Shown piece by piece: positions 12,821-27,097 of a stretch of DNA of 55,532 nucleotides. The stretch covers positions 478,397 through 533,928 of the forward strand of contig NC_057746.1 in the NCBI RefSeq assembly GCF_004010195.1, given 5' to 3'. The stretch's first letter is position 1; every line of letters begins with the position of its first letter. The notes under the pieces were generated by a model. That model was not told where the DNA came from. It saw only the letters and a program-made list of their open reading frames with translations, and made no database searches. Origin of the DNA: Chiloscyllium plagiosum (lineage: Eukaryota). The translations under genes were made by a program, and so were the position numbers.

Positions 12821-13684
12821 AAAAGGGGGCATACCTGAAAACCGCTTACCTTCTTAAAATTCTTCAAGCAGATGTAAAGTGTCACACCTATGGAAGTGGA
12901 AGAAAGAATCTCTGTCTTCGTCCTGTAAACTGATCTGCTGAATGCTCCTATGAAATTAATAACTCACCCAGCCATTGACAATAGACGCTACTGTGGTTGA
13001 TGCAGCAACCCTACAATACAAACCCCTCACTCCAGTCAAGCGACTGAAATGCCAGACCTGAGTAATCCAATCCAACTTCAGTCAGATTCAATTTCTACCT
13101 TCACCTGCAATTAATAGGGGGGGGGGGGGGGGGTTGTTTGTGAATGAGATAATAACTTTAAGGGACTGGAATTTACTTGAGTAATGCAGACACAAATCTA
13201 TTCTTTTTTTTAAATAAACGGAATTTCTGCTAGATTACTTCTCACTGCTAAAGAAGAGATATATACATAAACAAATTTATCAGTAGCTTTGCGTGAAACA
13301 TGTTTTAAAGTATCCATGACAACTGAAAGCTTCAAACTGAAATTAAACCCATTGCAAATGAACTGAACCTGACTTTTAAACAATTTGATCTATATTACTA
13401 TCCCTTCCTTTTCCAAATTTTTAAGATCAAGCAAAATACTGCAGCAGCAAGCTTTAAGGAAATAATGACATGTAAGAAAGTTAGGATGGCTAAATTTTGG
13501 TGCACAAATGTTTGTAGAACAAAAGGATTTCATTTGGAAATAATTTGTGTCCTTAAACATTGAACAGCTATGAGATGTAGTGAAACAGGTAGGACTGAAA
13601 ATACAGACTCAGACAAAGAGAGGGGTTTGTAAAAAGTTAGAAAAACTGAGGTAGAATTTCAGGAAAACAGAAGAGAAGAAAGTT

Positions 13685-13980
13685 CATAGAACATAGAACA
13701 TTACAGCGCAGTACAGACCCTTCAGCCCTTAATGTTGTGCCAACCTGTGAAACCGACATGAAGCCCATCTAACCTACACTATTCCATTTTCATCCATACG
13801 TTTTTCCATAAAGTTGGCGAGTCCACGCTCTTACAACTCTCTGAGTATAGAACTTACCTCTGACATCTGTCCTCTGTCTATAACTCCTCAGTTTCAAGCT
13901 ATGCTCCCTTGGGCTGGCCATCACCATCTGAGGGAAAAGGCTCTCACTGACCACCCTATCTAATCCTCTGAATATCTTGT
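13685..13980 (-). mobile_element. CR1 3-prime fragment
   Basis: (CATAGAA)n tail and the KIFRGLDRV...FYTQRVV ORF2 end. Confidence 0.85.
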
Positions 13981-14689
13981 GAACTGGGGAGAAAGGGATT
14001 TGCAACTGCAAACTGGGGAGCTGGTCTTGATAGATGGAGAATTATATCAGCTCGGAGCAGCTAAGGCAAATATATCATTGCCCAATGGTTCTCGGTTACC
14101 CGCAAGCCTATCAGCCCAGAGAACCAACGATTTACTCAGTATCACTTCCCTGCTGATTGTAACATCCTTGAGTTTCTCCCCTTCTTCCATTTCCTGATTT
14201 ACAGGTATTAATTGTCTCCTCTACAGTGAAGACCATTGTGAAGTACCTATTTACTAATTGATCCCTTAGAGCTAAAGGATCAAAAGGTCTGGGGGAAAGC
14301 CAGGGGCAGGGTACAGAATTGGATGATCAGTCATGATCATATTGAATGGTGGAGCAGAGCTGAAGGATCAAATGACCTGTTTCAGTTTCTCTACTTGAAT
14401 GGAAGGAAGATAAGAATATAATAGTCTTTAATCCAATGAAAGAAGGAAGGGGCAGTTTAAAAACAAAAGGGAAGGCATATGATTGGGTGGAGAGAAAGAA
14501 AGGTAAATGAGGAACAGTTCCATGCCAGAAAAGCAAAACAGTATGGCAATGGTTATAGAGAAAATTGAAAGGCACATTCAGATGTGGCATTAGTGGTTGA
14601 GTAGAAGCTGTCTGAACGCAACATGGAGGGAGAAAGAAAGAATCAAAACAAAAGAATATGAACAAGATAGAGGCAAAGGTTATGAACTG

Positions 14690-16360
14690 AAAAAAAAATA
14701 GACTTGCCTTTACTTGCTGAGGCATATAGTATAAGATCAGGGAAGTTATGCTGGAACTGCATAAAATATTGTTTAGGCCACAGCTAGGATATTTTGCACA
14801 GTTCTGGAATTCACATTCTAGGAAGGATGTGACAGCACTGGAGAGGGCACAGAGGAGATTCCCCGGGAAGTTGCCTGGGATGGAAAGTTTCAGTTATGAA
14901 GGCAAATTCAACTGGCTGGGGTTGTTTTACAAAGATAGGTAGAGGGACAGGTGGCATTGAGAAGGCATGGAGGCTGCGGAAGGATTTGGACAGGTTAGGA
15001 GAGTGGGAAGAGAAGTGGCAGATGGAATACAACATGGGAAAGTGTGAAGTCATGCGCTTTGATAGGAAGAATAGAGTATGGCCTATTTTCTAAATGGGGA
15101 GAAAATTCAGAATTCTGAAGTGCAAAGAGACCAGAGAGTTCTAGTCCAGCATTTTCTCAAGCTAAACTTGCAGATTTAGTCAGTAGTTAGGAAGGCAATT
15201 GCAATGATGGCACTTATTTTGTGAGGGCTTGAATATAAAAGCAGGGATGGACTTCTGAGGCTCTATAAGGCTGTGGTCAGACCACATTTGAAGTATTGTG
15301 TGCCGTTTTGACCCTCATATCTCAGGAAGGATAAGGTAAAAACAATGACTGCAGATGCTGGAAACCAGGTTCTGGATCAGTGGTGCTGGAAGAGCACAGC
15401 AATTCAGGCAGCATCCGAGGACAGGCAAAATCGACGTTTCGGGCAAAAGCCCTTCATCAGGAAGGACTCCTGATCTCAGGAAGGATATACTGACACTGGA
15501 GCATTTTCAGGGGAGGTTCACGAGAATGATCCCAGTAATGAAAAGCTTAACATATGAGAAATGTTTGAGGACTCTGGGGCTATACATGATGGAGTTTAGA
15601 AGGATGAGGGGGGGATCTGATTGAAACATACAAAATACTGAATGGCCTGGACAGAGTGGATATTGGGAAGATGTTTCCATTGGTAGGAGAGACCAGGACC
15701 CGAGGGCACAGCCTTAGAGTAAAGGGAAGACCTTTCAGGAAAGAGATAAGGAGAAACTTCTTCAGCCAGAGAGTAGTAAATGTATGGAATTCATTGCCAC
15801 TGCAGGCTGTGGAGGCCAGGTCATTGAGTATATTTAAGACTGAGATGGGTAGATTCTTGATTGTCAAGGAGATCATGGGTTATGGGGAAAAGTGGGAGAA
15901 TGGGGTTAAGAAACTTATCAACCATGATGGAATGGCAGAGCAGACCCGATGGGCTGAATGGCTTAATTTCTGCTCCTATGTCTTATGGTCTTATGGTTTT
16001 CCTTAGAGCAGAGGGCATTGAAAAGAGAGATGATTGTGATGTTTTAAATTATGAGGGGCATAGACAAGGTGGACAGAAACTTTCCCCTGGTGGAGAGATC
16101 AATGAAAGATGGGCATAGATTTAAGGCAAGGGGCAGAGGATATATGAGGAAGTTTTGTTTTTCACCCACAGGATGGTGCCAATCTGGATCTCACTGCCTG
16201 TACGGCACAACATTTAAGAAGTATTGAGATGTGCACTTGCAATACCAAGTCTGACAAGGTTATGGGTCAAGTGCTGGAAAATGGGATTCAAATAGTTAGG
16301 TAACTGTTTTGGCCAGCACAGATTCAATGGGCCAAAGATCTCTTTCTGTACTGTACATCT
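14690..16360 (+). mobile_element. Nested CR1 3-prime fragments
   Basis: An old CR1 (14690-14930, resuming ~16000-16360) is interrupted by a younger CR1 (14930-16000), which itself carries a mini-element at 15334-15472. Confidence 0.85.
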
Positions 16361-17394
16361 CTCCTGAGAGATCTTCCTTTCCAAAATTAAACTTAACTTT
16401 GGTGGAAGTGAACAACTTAGAAAACTGGAGCTTGCATTCTAGGGAAAGCCATCAATTCTATTAAAGTGAAGACCATGTTTTTCAAAGAACATCCTTCTCT
16501 TTCACTCTTTGTCAATGGATAGCATTTGTGAGCTGAGCCAGTACAGGATTCCATTTGCACTCCAATTGTGTTTACCATTTTATCCTGGTGGAAATAGGTC
16601 TAGAATCTGAACTGGAAGCCTTGCAAAAGAGTACACAAAAACATTTCTTTACGTATGTGACTAGACTGCAGAATTGTCTTTTCTGGTTTTGGGGCATTAA
16701 GTGTTCAGATCTCATAGTCCATGCAGTAGGATCTCACCTTCCAGCAATGGAACATTCTACACAATGATGATTCTTTCCTCAATTCACATCTCCATTTTGT
16801 CCTGCCAAGACTACAGCCTGGAGATGTAGTCCTCTGAGCTTCCCTCCTCCGCTGCCTGTATGTTCTCTTTGATCATTGCTCAGATCCTTTTACCAGCTGA
16901 TGAGCTGAGATCTGGAAACTCCCTAAATGATGAAGAATAGCCTTGAGTACAGTGTAATGAAGCTATAGGATATGTTTAAAACACTGGATGAAGAGCATTC
17001 TCCATGTAGACCCTCCACACTCAGACCAAAGTAACACCAAGACACTTGGAATAACATTCCTGAAAAATGTGCTTGCAGTTGTTGGCTTTTTCAAGAATAA
17101 AACACAATGTGCTGGACCTTCCTTTGCCAACGTCAGTGAATGTTGAGACATCTATTGCTGTTTGTGCTTTAGGACCCACTGGACCTGCCGTGAACAAAGC
17201 TTATAGTTCAGCACAGTAGCTGCCAAAGAAGTTTGAACTTTTGTTGGGCTAATTTGCACTGCCAGGAATAGTATGCTCACCCCCACACACGCACCCCACA
17301 TTTGAATGGTTTCTCCCTTGTATATGTGCTTGGAAGGCAGCCACAATTGACTTTGCCCATCAACCAGTTGTCTGACTATACTGAGACACTGGGT

Positions 17395-17785
17395 ATGTAG
17401 GAGGTTGAGAGGCGACTTATAGATGTTCATAAAATAATGAGGGATATGGTGGTTGTCTTTTCCCTCGGATGGGGGGGAGAGGGTCTCAAGACTGGGGGGC
17501 ACATATTTAAGGTGAGAGGAGAAAGATTCAAAAAAGACATGAGGGACAATTTTTTTACACAGAGGGTGGTTCACGTGCGGAATGGATTTCCTCAGGAAGT
17601 GGTGGATGTGGGCACAATTGCAACGTTTAAAAGACATTTGGATAAGTACAGGAACAGGAAAAGTTTGGAAGGCTATGGGCCATGTGCAGACAAGTGGGAC
17701 TAGTTTAGTTTGGGATTATGTTCGGTGTGGACTGGTTGGTTCAAAGGGTTTGTTTCCATTCTGTATATCTCTATAATTCTATGAC
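17395..17785 (+). mobile_element. CR1 3-prime fragment
   Basis: LRGDL...FKVRGERFKKDMRDNFFTQRVV and the 3-prime UTR. Confidence 0.9.
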
Positions 17786-19253
17786 AGAGGAGAATAAGAG
17801 AGATACTATACATGATGAGCAATCAGGTAGAGAATTCCTGTAACTGCGCACTGGGCAGAGCGCAAGTTAGAAATCCAAATTTAAATAGTTCGATACCGCC
17901 AAAGTGCAACCAGCCCAGATATATAAAGTGATTACAGATCATGGGCCAAGTTATAAAGGAACAGAAACCAACTCAGCTGATATATAGAGTATCAATCATG
18001 CATGAAAACAGACTGAAGAACAACATTCTGACAATGATTGCAACCAACAGTAAGTCAAGCAAGTTGTCAAACAAGTGCAATAGAAAACAATGCATGAGAC
18101 CATAAGAAATGGGAACAGGAGTAGGCCATTTGGCCCCTCAAACCTGCTCCACTATTGAATAGGAACATGGCTGATCCAACATTCCTCACATCCTCTTTCT
18201 TGCCCTTTCCCTGTAACCCTTGATTCCCCAACTGATCAAGATTCTATGTATTTCAGACTTTAATATCCACAAGGATTCTGCCCATAGCTCTCTTTCAAGG
18301 ATTCAGATAGACTCACCAATCTCTGAGAGAAGAAGTTGGCGTAAAAAGAGGCAGAAGCTGACCAAAAGTGAGTTAGCATTTCTGAGGATGCTGTGGAGAT
18401 AGAGAACATTGCTTATTGTGTGATATATTATACAGACATGCTGTTGCTAGTTCTCAGTCTTCCGTATTCCTGCAGTGTCTGTGACATTCGGTTATATTTT
18501 AATTGGAAAAAAATAATTCCTGAAAGCTGTTGCTGCAATAGCTTCTGATGGTCTGATACTTGTTAAAATTGACAGCTATGGCCACATGAATCACATGGAC
18601 CTTTGATTCAGGTAGAAATGCTAACTGGAAATACTTCAGTCTTCCAACTTCATTCGATCTTGAAATCTAATGAACAGTTAATTTAAGTGAAATCTTCCAG
18701 GCACACCCAGAACATTTAGAAAAAGTGGGAGTAGAATTTAATTGGCCAACATTCAAGTCCCCAATGTCAGGCTTAAGATTTGACTTTAGTTTTCAGTACC
18801 TTTCGGACAGGTCAGCCTTGCAGAAAGTAGCGATCAAGATCCTTTATTGCATTCACCTGTATTACATTATTGCATCGGCTTGTTGGACTGCATTCATGGG
18901 CACAGTCTCTACAGGCAAAAATGAGAAAAATGATTCCCCACAAACCAGACCATATGTACATATATAAAGACATGTACCTGACAACATAGACATTTCCTAT
19001 AATATATGCTTCTTCAGAAGCATAGGTCCTTCATAACCTAAGCTGTTAGCTTAAATTGTTAGTAAGGGATGCACATTGCCCAGTCCACCACTCAGGAGAA
19101 ATCCAATTCAGTTGATGGTAATGCAGGACAAATCAAATCCCAGAGTGAAAACTGAGCTGACAGACCATCATTTTTATTCTTGAGATATGCTGACTGAAAT
19201 AACTGCACAGGGAAGCTGGTATCCTTTCACCAAGTCATCCTTGGCAAAAGTGG

Positions 19254-21010
19254 CAAAAGTGAGGACTGCAGATGCTGGAAATCAGAGTCTGGATTAGAGA
19301 GGTGCTGGAAAAGCACACAGCAGGTCAGGCAGCATCCGAGGAGCAGGAAAATCGACGTTTCGGGCAAAAGCCCTTCATCAGGACTGAGGCAGACAGCCTC
19401 CAGGGTGGAGAGATAAATGGGAGGGAGGTGGGGCTGGGGAGAAGGTGGCCAAGAGTACAAGAGCTGAATGGGTGTGGGGATGGAGGTGATAGGTCAGAGA
19501 GGAGGGTGGNNNNNNNNNNNNNNNNNNNNNNNNNNNNNNNNNNNNNNNNNNNNNNNNNNNNNNNNNNNNNNNNNNNNNNNNNNNNNNNNNNNNNNNNNNN
19601 NNNNNNNNNNNNNNNNNNNNNNNNNNNNNNNNNNNNNNNNNNNNNNNNNNNNNNNNNNNNNNNNNNNNNNNNNNNNNNNNNNNNNNNNNNNNNNNNNNNN
19701 NNNNNNNNNNNNNNNNNNNNNNNNNNNNNNNNNNNNNNNNNNNNNNNNNNNNNNNNNNNNNNNNNNNNNNNNNNNNNNNNNNNNNNNNNNNNNNNNNNNN
19801 NNNNNNNNNNNNNNNNNNNNNNNNNNNNNNNNNNNNNNNNNNNNNNNNNNNNNNNNNNNNNNNNNNNNNNNNNNNNNNNNNNNNNNNNNNNNNNNNNNNN
19901 NNNNNNNNNNNNNNNNNNNNNNNNNNNNNNNNNNNNNNNNNNNNNNNNNNNNNNNNNNNNNNNNNNNNNNNNNNNNNNNNNNNNNNNNNNNNNNNNNNNN
20001 NNNNNNNNNNNNNNNNNNNNNNNNNNNNNNNNNNNNNNNNNNNNNNNNNNNNNNNNNNNNNNNNNNNNNNNNNNNNNNNNNNNNNNNNNNNNNNNNNNNN
20101 NNNNNNNNNNNNNNNNNNNNNNNNNNNNNNNNNNNNNNNNNNNNNNNNNNNNNNNNNNNNNNNNNNNNNNNNNNNNNNNNNNNNNNNNNNNNNNNNNNNN
20201 NNNNNNNNNNNNNNNNNNNNNNNNNNNNNNNNNNNNNNNNNNNNNNNNNNNNNNNNNNNNNNNNNCCCACACCTCCTCCCTCACCTCTATCTAAGGCCCT
20301 AAAGGAGCCTTCCACATCCATCAAAGTTTTACCTGCACATCCACTAATAACATTTATTGTATCCGTTGCTCCCGATGCAGTCTCCTCTACATTGGGGAGA
20401 CTGGGCGCCTCAAGCAGAGAACTTTACGGAACATCTCCGGGACACCCGCACCAATCAACCAAACCGCCCCGTGGCCCAACATTTCAACTCCCCCTCCCAC
20501 TCTGCCGAGGACATGCAGGCCCTGGGCCTCCTTCACTGCCGCTCCCTCACCACCAGGCGCCTGGAGGAAGAATGCCTCATTTTCTGCTTCAGAACACTTC
20601 AACCCCAGGGCATCAATGTGGACTTCACCAGTTTCCTCATGTCCCCTTCCCGCACCTCACCCCAGCTCCAACCTTCCAGCTCAGCACTGTCCCCAAGACT
20701 TGTCCGACCTGCCAATCTTCCTTTCCACTCCACCCTCTTCTCTGACGTCTCACCTTCATCCCACCCCCATTCACCCATTGTACTCTTTGCTACCCTCTCC
20801 CACCCTCCTCTCTGACCTATCACCTTCATCCACACCCCCATTCACCTTTGGTACTCTTTGCTGTCGTCTCCCCAGCCGCATCCCCTCCCATTTATCTCTC
20901 CACCCTGGAGGCTCCCTGCCTTCAGTCCTGATGAAGGGCTTTTGCCCGAAACGTCGATTTTCCTGCTCCTCAGATGCTGTCTGACTAGCTGTGCTTTTCC
21001 AGCACTACTC
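19254..21010 (+). mobile_element. Penelope-like element: GIY-YIG fragment plus an inverted terminal repeat
   Basis: 20320-20640 encodes FTCTSTNNIYCIRCSRCSLLYIGETGR...EHL...VAQHFN...LQPQGIN (GIY-YIG endonuclease). 19254-19509 is an inverted copy of the 3-prime repeat. N-gap at 19510-20265. Confidence 0.85.
20924..20959 (+). ncRNA. Minimal type I hammerhead ribozyme motif (Penelope-associated)
   Basis: agtc-CTGATGA-a-gggc-tttt-gccc-GAAAC-GTC-gatt: intact core, helix II, helix I (agtc/gatt) and a GUC cleavage triplet. An identical copy lies on the minus strand at 19350-19385, and another core copy at 15429-15462. Confidence 0.7.
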
Positions 21011-21967
21011 TATTGTAGACTCTTCATTTACACATGTGCAGTACATAGGATCTGACCAGCCAGCTCAGAGCCAGTCCCTAGACTGAGGAGACTATGTCAG
21101 GGCCGCATTCCAGATGAAGGGATTTTGCCTGAAATGTCGATTTTCCTGCTCCTCTGATGCTGCCTGCTCTGCTGTGCTCTTCCAGCACCATTCTGATCTT
21201 GACCCACATTTCCAGCATCTGCATTACCCACTTCTGCCCTGAGGAGACTATGTTGCATATTTTCCTTTTACAATGAAATAGAAATTTATTAAGCAAAACA
21301 AATGAAAATAAAATAAAATAATGTTTTTATGCATTGTACAAATTCAAAAATGTTTAAATACAAGTAAACTTGTAATTCTGTTAATTCCAGACTGTCCTTT
21401 CTAAGTTTAAAGAAAACATTTCTTCTACTATACTTCAATAGCAAACATTACACTGAAAATTGTAAAATCAAAGCTAAATGAAAACCCCATTTATGATGGG
21501 GTTGATTGTCACCAGAAAATAAAAAGAAGGGCAAGAATATACGAATATTATAGCACATTAAAGAATCATAAAAGTGTAGAGAAATTTAATAAATTTTGTA
21601 TCTTAACAGACAAAGCATTTGGGATAAGGTAGATGGACAGTGCAAATCAAAGTAAATGGATAGAACCTCACAACCATCGCAGAGACGTGGTTGCAAGGAG
21701 ATCAAATCTGGGAACTTGATGTTCGGCGATATTAGACCTGCTTAAAAGGCAGGGGAGGAGGAAAAGCTGGTGGCATTGCACTGTTAATCTGAGATGAAAT
21801 GAAGACAGTTGTGAGAGAGGACCTGGACTCCGATAGCGTAGAGTCCATTTGTGTAGAAATCAAAAACAGCAAGGGAAACGAGACACTGGGGATCTATTTA
21901 ATACTGTTACTAAATAATAGTCACTTTATAAGAAAGAGTATAAATCAACAAATAATAAAAACATGTA

Positions 21968-23138
21968 AAACGCCAGGAAACTACAGACCAGTGAGCCTGA
22001 TGTCGGTGGTGGGTAAGTTGTTGGAGGGAATTCTGAGGGACAGGATGTACATGTATTTGGAAAGGCAAGGACTGATTAGGGATAGTCAACATGGCTTTGG
22101 TGCGTGGGAAATCATGTCTCACAAACTTGATTGAGTTTTCTGAATAAGTAACAAAGAGGATTGATGAGGGCAGAGCGGAAGACGTGATCTATGTGGACTT
22201 CAGTAAGGCATTTGACAAGGTTCCCAATGGGAGACTGATTAGCAAGGTTAGATCTCATGGAATACAGGGAGAACTGGCCATTTGGATACAGAACTGGCTC
22301 AAAGGTAGAAGACAGAGGGTGGTGGTGGAAGGTTGTTTTTCAGACTGGAGACCTGTGACCAGTGGAGTGCCACAAGGATCGGTACTGGGTCCACTACTTT
22401 TCATCATTTATATAAATGATTTTGATGTGAGCATAAGAGGTACAGTTAGTAAGGTGCAAACGACACCAAAATTGGAGGTATGGTGGACAGCAAAGAGGGC
22501 TACCTCAGATTACACAGGATCTGGACCAGATGGGCCAATGGGCTGAGAAGTGGCAGATGGAGTTTAATTCAGATAAATGCGAGGTGCTGCATTTTGGAAA
22601 AGCAAATCTTAGCAGGACTTATACACTTAATGGTAAGGTCCTAGGGAGTGTTGCTGAACAAAAAGGCCTTAGAGTGCAGGTTTATAGCACCTTGAAAGTG
22701 GAGTCGCAGGTAGATAGGATAGTAAGGAGGCCTTTGGTATGCTTTCCTTTATTGGTCAGAATATTGAGTACAGGAGTTGGGAGGTCATGTTGCAGCTGTA
22801 CAGGACATTGGTTAGGCCACTGTTGGAATATTACGTGCAATTCTGGTCTCCTTCCTATCGGAAAGATGTTNNNNNNNNNNNNNNNNNNNNNNNNNNNNNN
22901 NNNNNNNNNNNNNNNACGTATACAGAATGAGCTGCCAGAGGAAGTGGTGGAGGCTGGTACAATTGCGACATTTAAGAGGCATTTGGATGGGTATATGAAT
23001 AGGAAGGGTTTAGAGGGATATGGGCCGGGTGCTGGCAGGTGGGACTAGATTGGGTTGGGATATCTGGTCAGCATGGACAGGTTGGACCGAAGGGTCTGTT
23101 TCCATGCTGTACATCTCTATGACTGTATGACTCTATGT
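21968..23138 (+). mobile_element. Young 5-prime-truncated CR1
   Basis: PGNYRPVSL...[10 protein letters not shown]...[10 protein letters not shown]...WQMEFN and a CTATGACT tail. Confidence 0.95.
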
Positions 23139-23234
23139 AATAATTATGGATGACTTTAATCTTCATGCTGAATGTTTTAATCAAGCTGGAAAGGGTCGCT
23201 ATGGCAGCAAACTCATAGAGTGAGTTAAGGATAG

Positions 23235-23943
23235 TGTTACGACATGGGGTAAACTCTCCTGCTTGATGTAAACCAGCAACACAGAAAATATTTATCCCGT
23301 GCAGTAATCTGTGAAAATTCAAGTGGCCAAGCAATATTTAAAGTTAAAATTAACCAGTTTTTTCTTAAAATATAACAGATAATAATTAAATAACAACTAT
23401 TTACAATTCTTTCCTCTAACCTATCTTTTATCTTCCCTTTCCACAATACTAGTCAGAGAAAACTCCCAATTTAAATTTACAAAGCCAAAATTCTTATCTC
23501 AAAACCAGGCAGCCTTTAGTTTTCTCTGAATTCCTGTCATCTTTTCTCTTTCTTGGAGATACTGCTTCACAGGTTACTGATCGATAAAGTAACCTCTAAG
23601 AGATCTATTTTTCAGGCAGTCTTTACATGCTAGTAGCTGGGCAGTTCTCCTCTCAACTGTTCAGTTTTCCCAGTCTTATACCCCCAAAGCATCGGATTGT
23701 GTAATTGGCTTTTAAGATTGTCAATATACTAAATTCAAACTGGACTGGAGTTTGGTATTTTTCTGTGCATAATTTAAACTGTTTGGCCTAATTTGAATCT
23801 GTTTTTGCCTCTAGGCAACCAGCTACCTTAGCTGCTGGTCCAAAAGGTTACATTGTTTCTTGTTCAGAATACTTGGTGCTGTCAGGTAGTTCTGCTAGCT
23901 TTTAACTTTCTTAAAGGTACAGTACATCCACATCTTCATAACA
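23235..23943. mobile_element. Solo LTR
   Basis: TGTTA...TAACA termini, about 709 bp; same family as 48980-49661; degenerate 4-bp TSD (atag/atga). Confidence 0.8.
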
Positions 23944-26793
23944 ATGATTTCCTTGAACAATATGTTGTTGAGGCAACCAAGGATTAGGCTGTCTTATAAC
24001 TTGTAATGGGCAATGATGCAGCTTTAATAAATGATCTTTGAGTAAAAGTTAAAATTAACCACTTTTTTCTTAAAATATAACAGATAATAATTAAATAACA
24101 ACTAGTAGTTATTATAGCATGATAGAATTTGATATTCAGTTTGAGGGTGAGAAACTGGATCAGAAGCAGCTAAACAATTGTTTAACTTAAACAAAGTAAA
24201 TTACAGTGTACTGATTCCAGAGGTAGCTAAAATAAACTGGGTGGATACATTAGCAAGAAAGACAGTGGCAGACATTGAAGGAGGTAATTCATGACTCTCA
24301 GCAGAAGTATATCCAAATAGGGAGGAGAGATTATAAAACGGATAAGCCAACTATGTCTATCTGAGGGAGTTAAGGAGAATGTTAAGTTGAAAGAGAAAGT
24401 ACATAGGGAGGTAGAACTTAATGGCAGCCCAAAGGACTGGACTAAGTTCAGAAATCAGTAAAGGAAGACAAAAAGGATAATAAAAAGAGAGAAAATAAAT
24501 TATGAGGGCAGACTAGCAAGGAATATAACACTGACAATAAGAGCTCATTTACCTACATATAAAGGAAGAGAGAGCAAAGTGAACAGAGGCCAGTTAGAAA
24601 ATGAATCTGGGGAGATGGTTATAGGGACCAGAAAATGGCAGAGAAATTAAACTAATATTTTGCATTGGCCTTTGTAGTTGAAAATACTTCAAATATCCTG
24701 TATTACCCACCGAGTATAAGGGAGGGATTCAGTGCCACCAACATCACTAGAGAAGCAGTATCAGCCAAATTAGTGGGATAAGATAAGTCGTTCTGATCTT
24801 AAAGGATCCTATAGGGATTGTGGATGCATTGGCTGGAATTTTCTAAAGATCCTTGGATTTTGGAGAAGTACCAGAGAATTTAAAAACTGACAATGTGATA
24901 CCTTTATTCAGAAAGGGAGGAAAACCGAAAGCAGATAAATATGGGCTGATTCACATAATATCGAATTTTGGAATCAGTTATTAGGTACGTAATAGCAGAA
25001 CATTTGAAAAATCACAAACTATACAAGCATAGTCTGCATGGCTTCATGAAAAGAAAGTTGTGTCTGACTAAAGATTTATTAAACTTTTTGAGGAAGTCTC
25101 AATCAGAGTGAATAGAAGGGAACCAGTAGATGTGCTGTATTTGGAATTCCGAAAAGCATTCAACAAGGTACCTACAAAAGGTTAAGTCATAAGATGAGAT
25201 TGTATGGTGTTGGGGTACTATATTGGCATGAATAGCAAACTTGCTAATGTGCATTTCTTCAGAGAGGTCACTAGATTTGGAATTGTAACTCTTAGCTCTC
25301 CCCAGATACTGCCAGACCTGCCAAGTTTCCCCAGTAACTTCTGTTTATGGTTGTTTCAGGTCTCCGACCTCCACAGTTCTTTGTTTTGTTTCGAGATAGA
25401 ATTTTAATCAGTAAGGGAATCAAAATTGTGGGTAAAAGGCAAAATGGAATTGAGGATTATCAGATCAGCTAGAATCCCTTGAATGGTGGACTAGACCTGA
25501 TGAGCTGAATGGAGAAAGTGAGGACTGCAGATGCTGGAAATCAGAGTCGAAGAGTGTGGTGCTGGTGAAGAGCTAATGCTCAAAACATCGACTCTGCTGC
25601 TCCTCGGCTGCTGCCTGACCGACTGTGCTTTTCCAGCACCACACTCTTTGACTTGATTGGCTGAAAGGCCTATTTCTGTTCCTACAACTTGTGGTCTTAC
25701 GTTCTAACTGTCAATAGCTGTCAAGAATTGTCAAATATGTCATGAACTGACAAAATATTTCTAATGTTTCAAGATCTGATTTCCTAATTATTGTCAAGAA
25801 CAGCCAAGGAAAGTCAGACTTGTAAAGAACTGTAAAGAGGTGTCAGACTTTAGTGGCTGTCAAAGTGCTTTTTCTTATGGATGATAATGCTTTATTTCAA
25901 TATAAAAAAAACAATCAATCGGACTTTTTTTCTCCTATGAACTGCGGTAGTAGTGGAGACTGGATAAGTTGACAGGGTTGGTGAAATAGAAAAGGGTCAA
26001 CATATGGGTTGAAACATTGAATACTTTTTCTCAGTTCATGACAATCAGCAGTATTTTGAAGTGGGGGTGTGAAGGGCCAAGGGGAATGGATAGAGATACA
26101 TAGGGTGCAGGCTGGGCCGATGAGGATTGGTAATAGAGATTAGGTGACATGTGTTGGAACGGATGAGCATGGGAAGTATGGGGGATTGCATGGGCTGTGA
26201 GGAATGTGGGCTGGATTAATGTTTCACACTTTAATTTTCTATTTTAAATTGAGGAAACAATGCTGGTACTTTGAGGCATGATTTTCATTCAGTCAGCCTT
26301 AGCAGCCTCTCAGTTATTCCCAGGTCATCTGACCTGGCTACCAAACCAAGCTGCCCCCCTCATAGTGAAACTTGGGAAGTGAGGCAAACATTTTTAAAGG
26401 TTTGGTTTTGCAGTGCTATGAAATCTTCTATCACCGAGACACCCGGACTGGAATGAAAATCGGAACCTAGGCATTTTCATAAGAGTGTGGAAACTGAAAG
26501 TTGTGGGAAGACATGTACAAACAGAAACAAAAGACAGAAATGACTGGGATGAGTTTGATTTCAGGATAAAGAAACTAATCCGAATGCTTCTTAGGGAGGG
26601 GATGTTAATGAAACACCAGATGCAGATTAATAGGAAACAAAGGGGAAAACAAAAACATTTAGAAGACCCACAGGCTGAAGCAAAGTTAAAGCACTGTGAG
26701 AAAGGAAAAGATATTCGGGGCGTGAGTGAGAAATCTTTCCCATTTATGATTACATTTCTTCTGGTTTGCATTGGCATGTTTTTGTTGAAGATG

Positions 26794-27097
26794 TGGGTGG
26801 CACAGTGGTTAGCACAGCTGCCTCACAGTGCCAGAAACCCGGGTTCAATACCCGCCTCAGGCGACTGACTGTGTGGAGTTTGCACGTTCTCCCCGTGTCT
26901 GTGCGGGTTTGCTCTGGTTTCCTTCCACAGTCAAAAGATGTGCACGTCAGGTGAATTGGCCATGCTAAATTGCCCATAGTGCTAGAGGCAGGGGTAAATA
27001 TAGGGGAATGGGTCTGGGTGGGTTGCGCTTCGGCGGGTCGGTGTGGACTTGTTGGGCCGAAGGGCCTCTTTCCACACTGTAAGTTATCTAATCTAAT
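26794..27097 (+). mobile_element. HE1-type SINE (young)
   Basis: Intact A/B-box head and (TAATC)n tail. Confidence 0.92.

Larger units (their letters stand above)
21590..25700 (+). mobile_element. Old CR1 ORF2 (APE-RT) hosting multiple later insertions
   Basis: Degenerate APE (IAETWL, GGIAL) at 21590-21967 resumes at 23139 and 23944 and runs through RT to a 3-prime UTR at ~25700. Confidence 0.75.

Noticed and set aside
12850-12947. Exon-like stretch on the minus strand ending IGVTLYICLKNFKK|gtaagc
   Set aside because: The hydrophobic run is too short, it is not similar to the class I TM, and its phase-0 donor does not fit the phase-1 exon family.
26485-26868. 127-aa plus-strand ORF
   Set aside because: No recognisable motif, runs into a SINE, and has no splice support.
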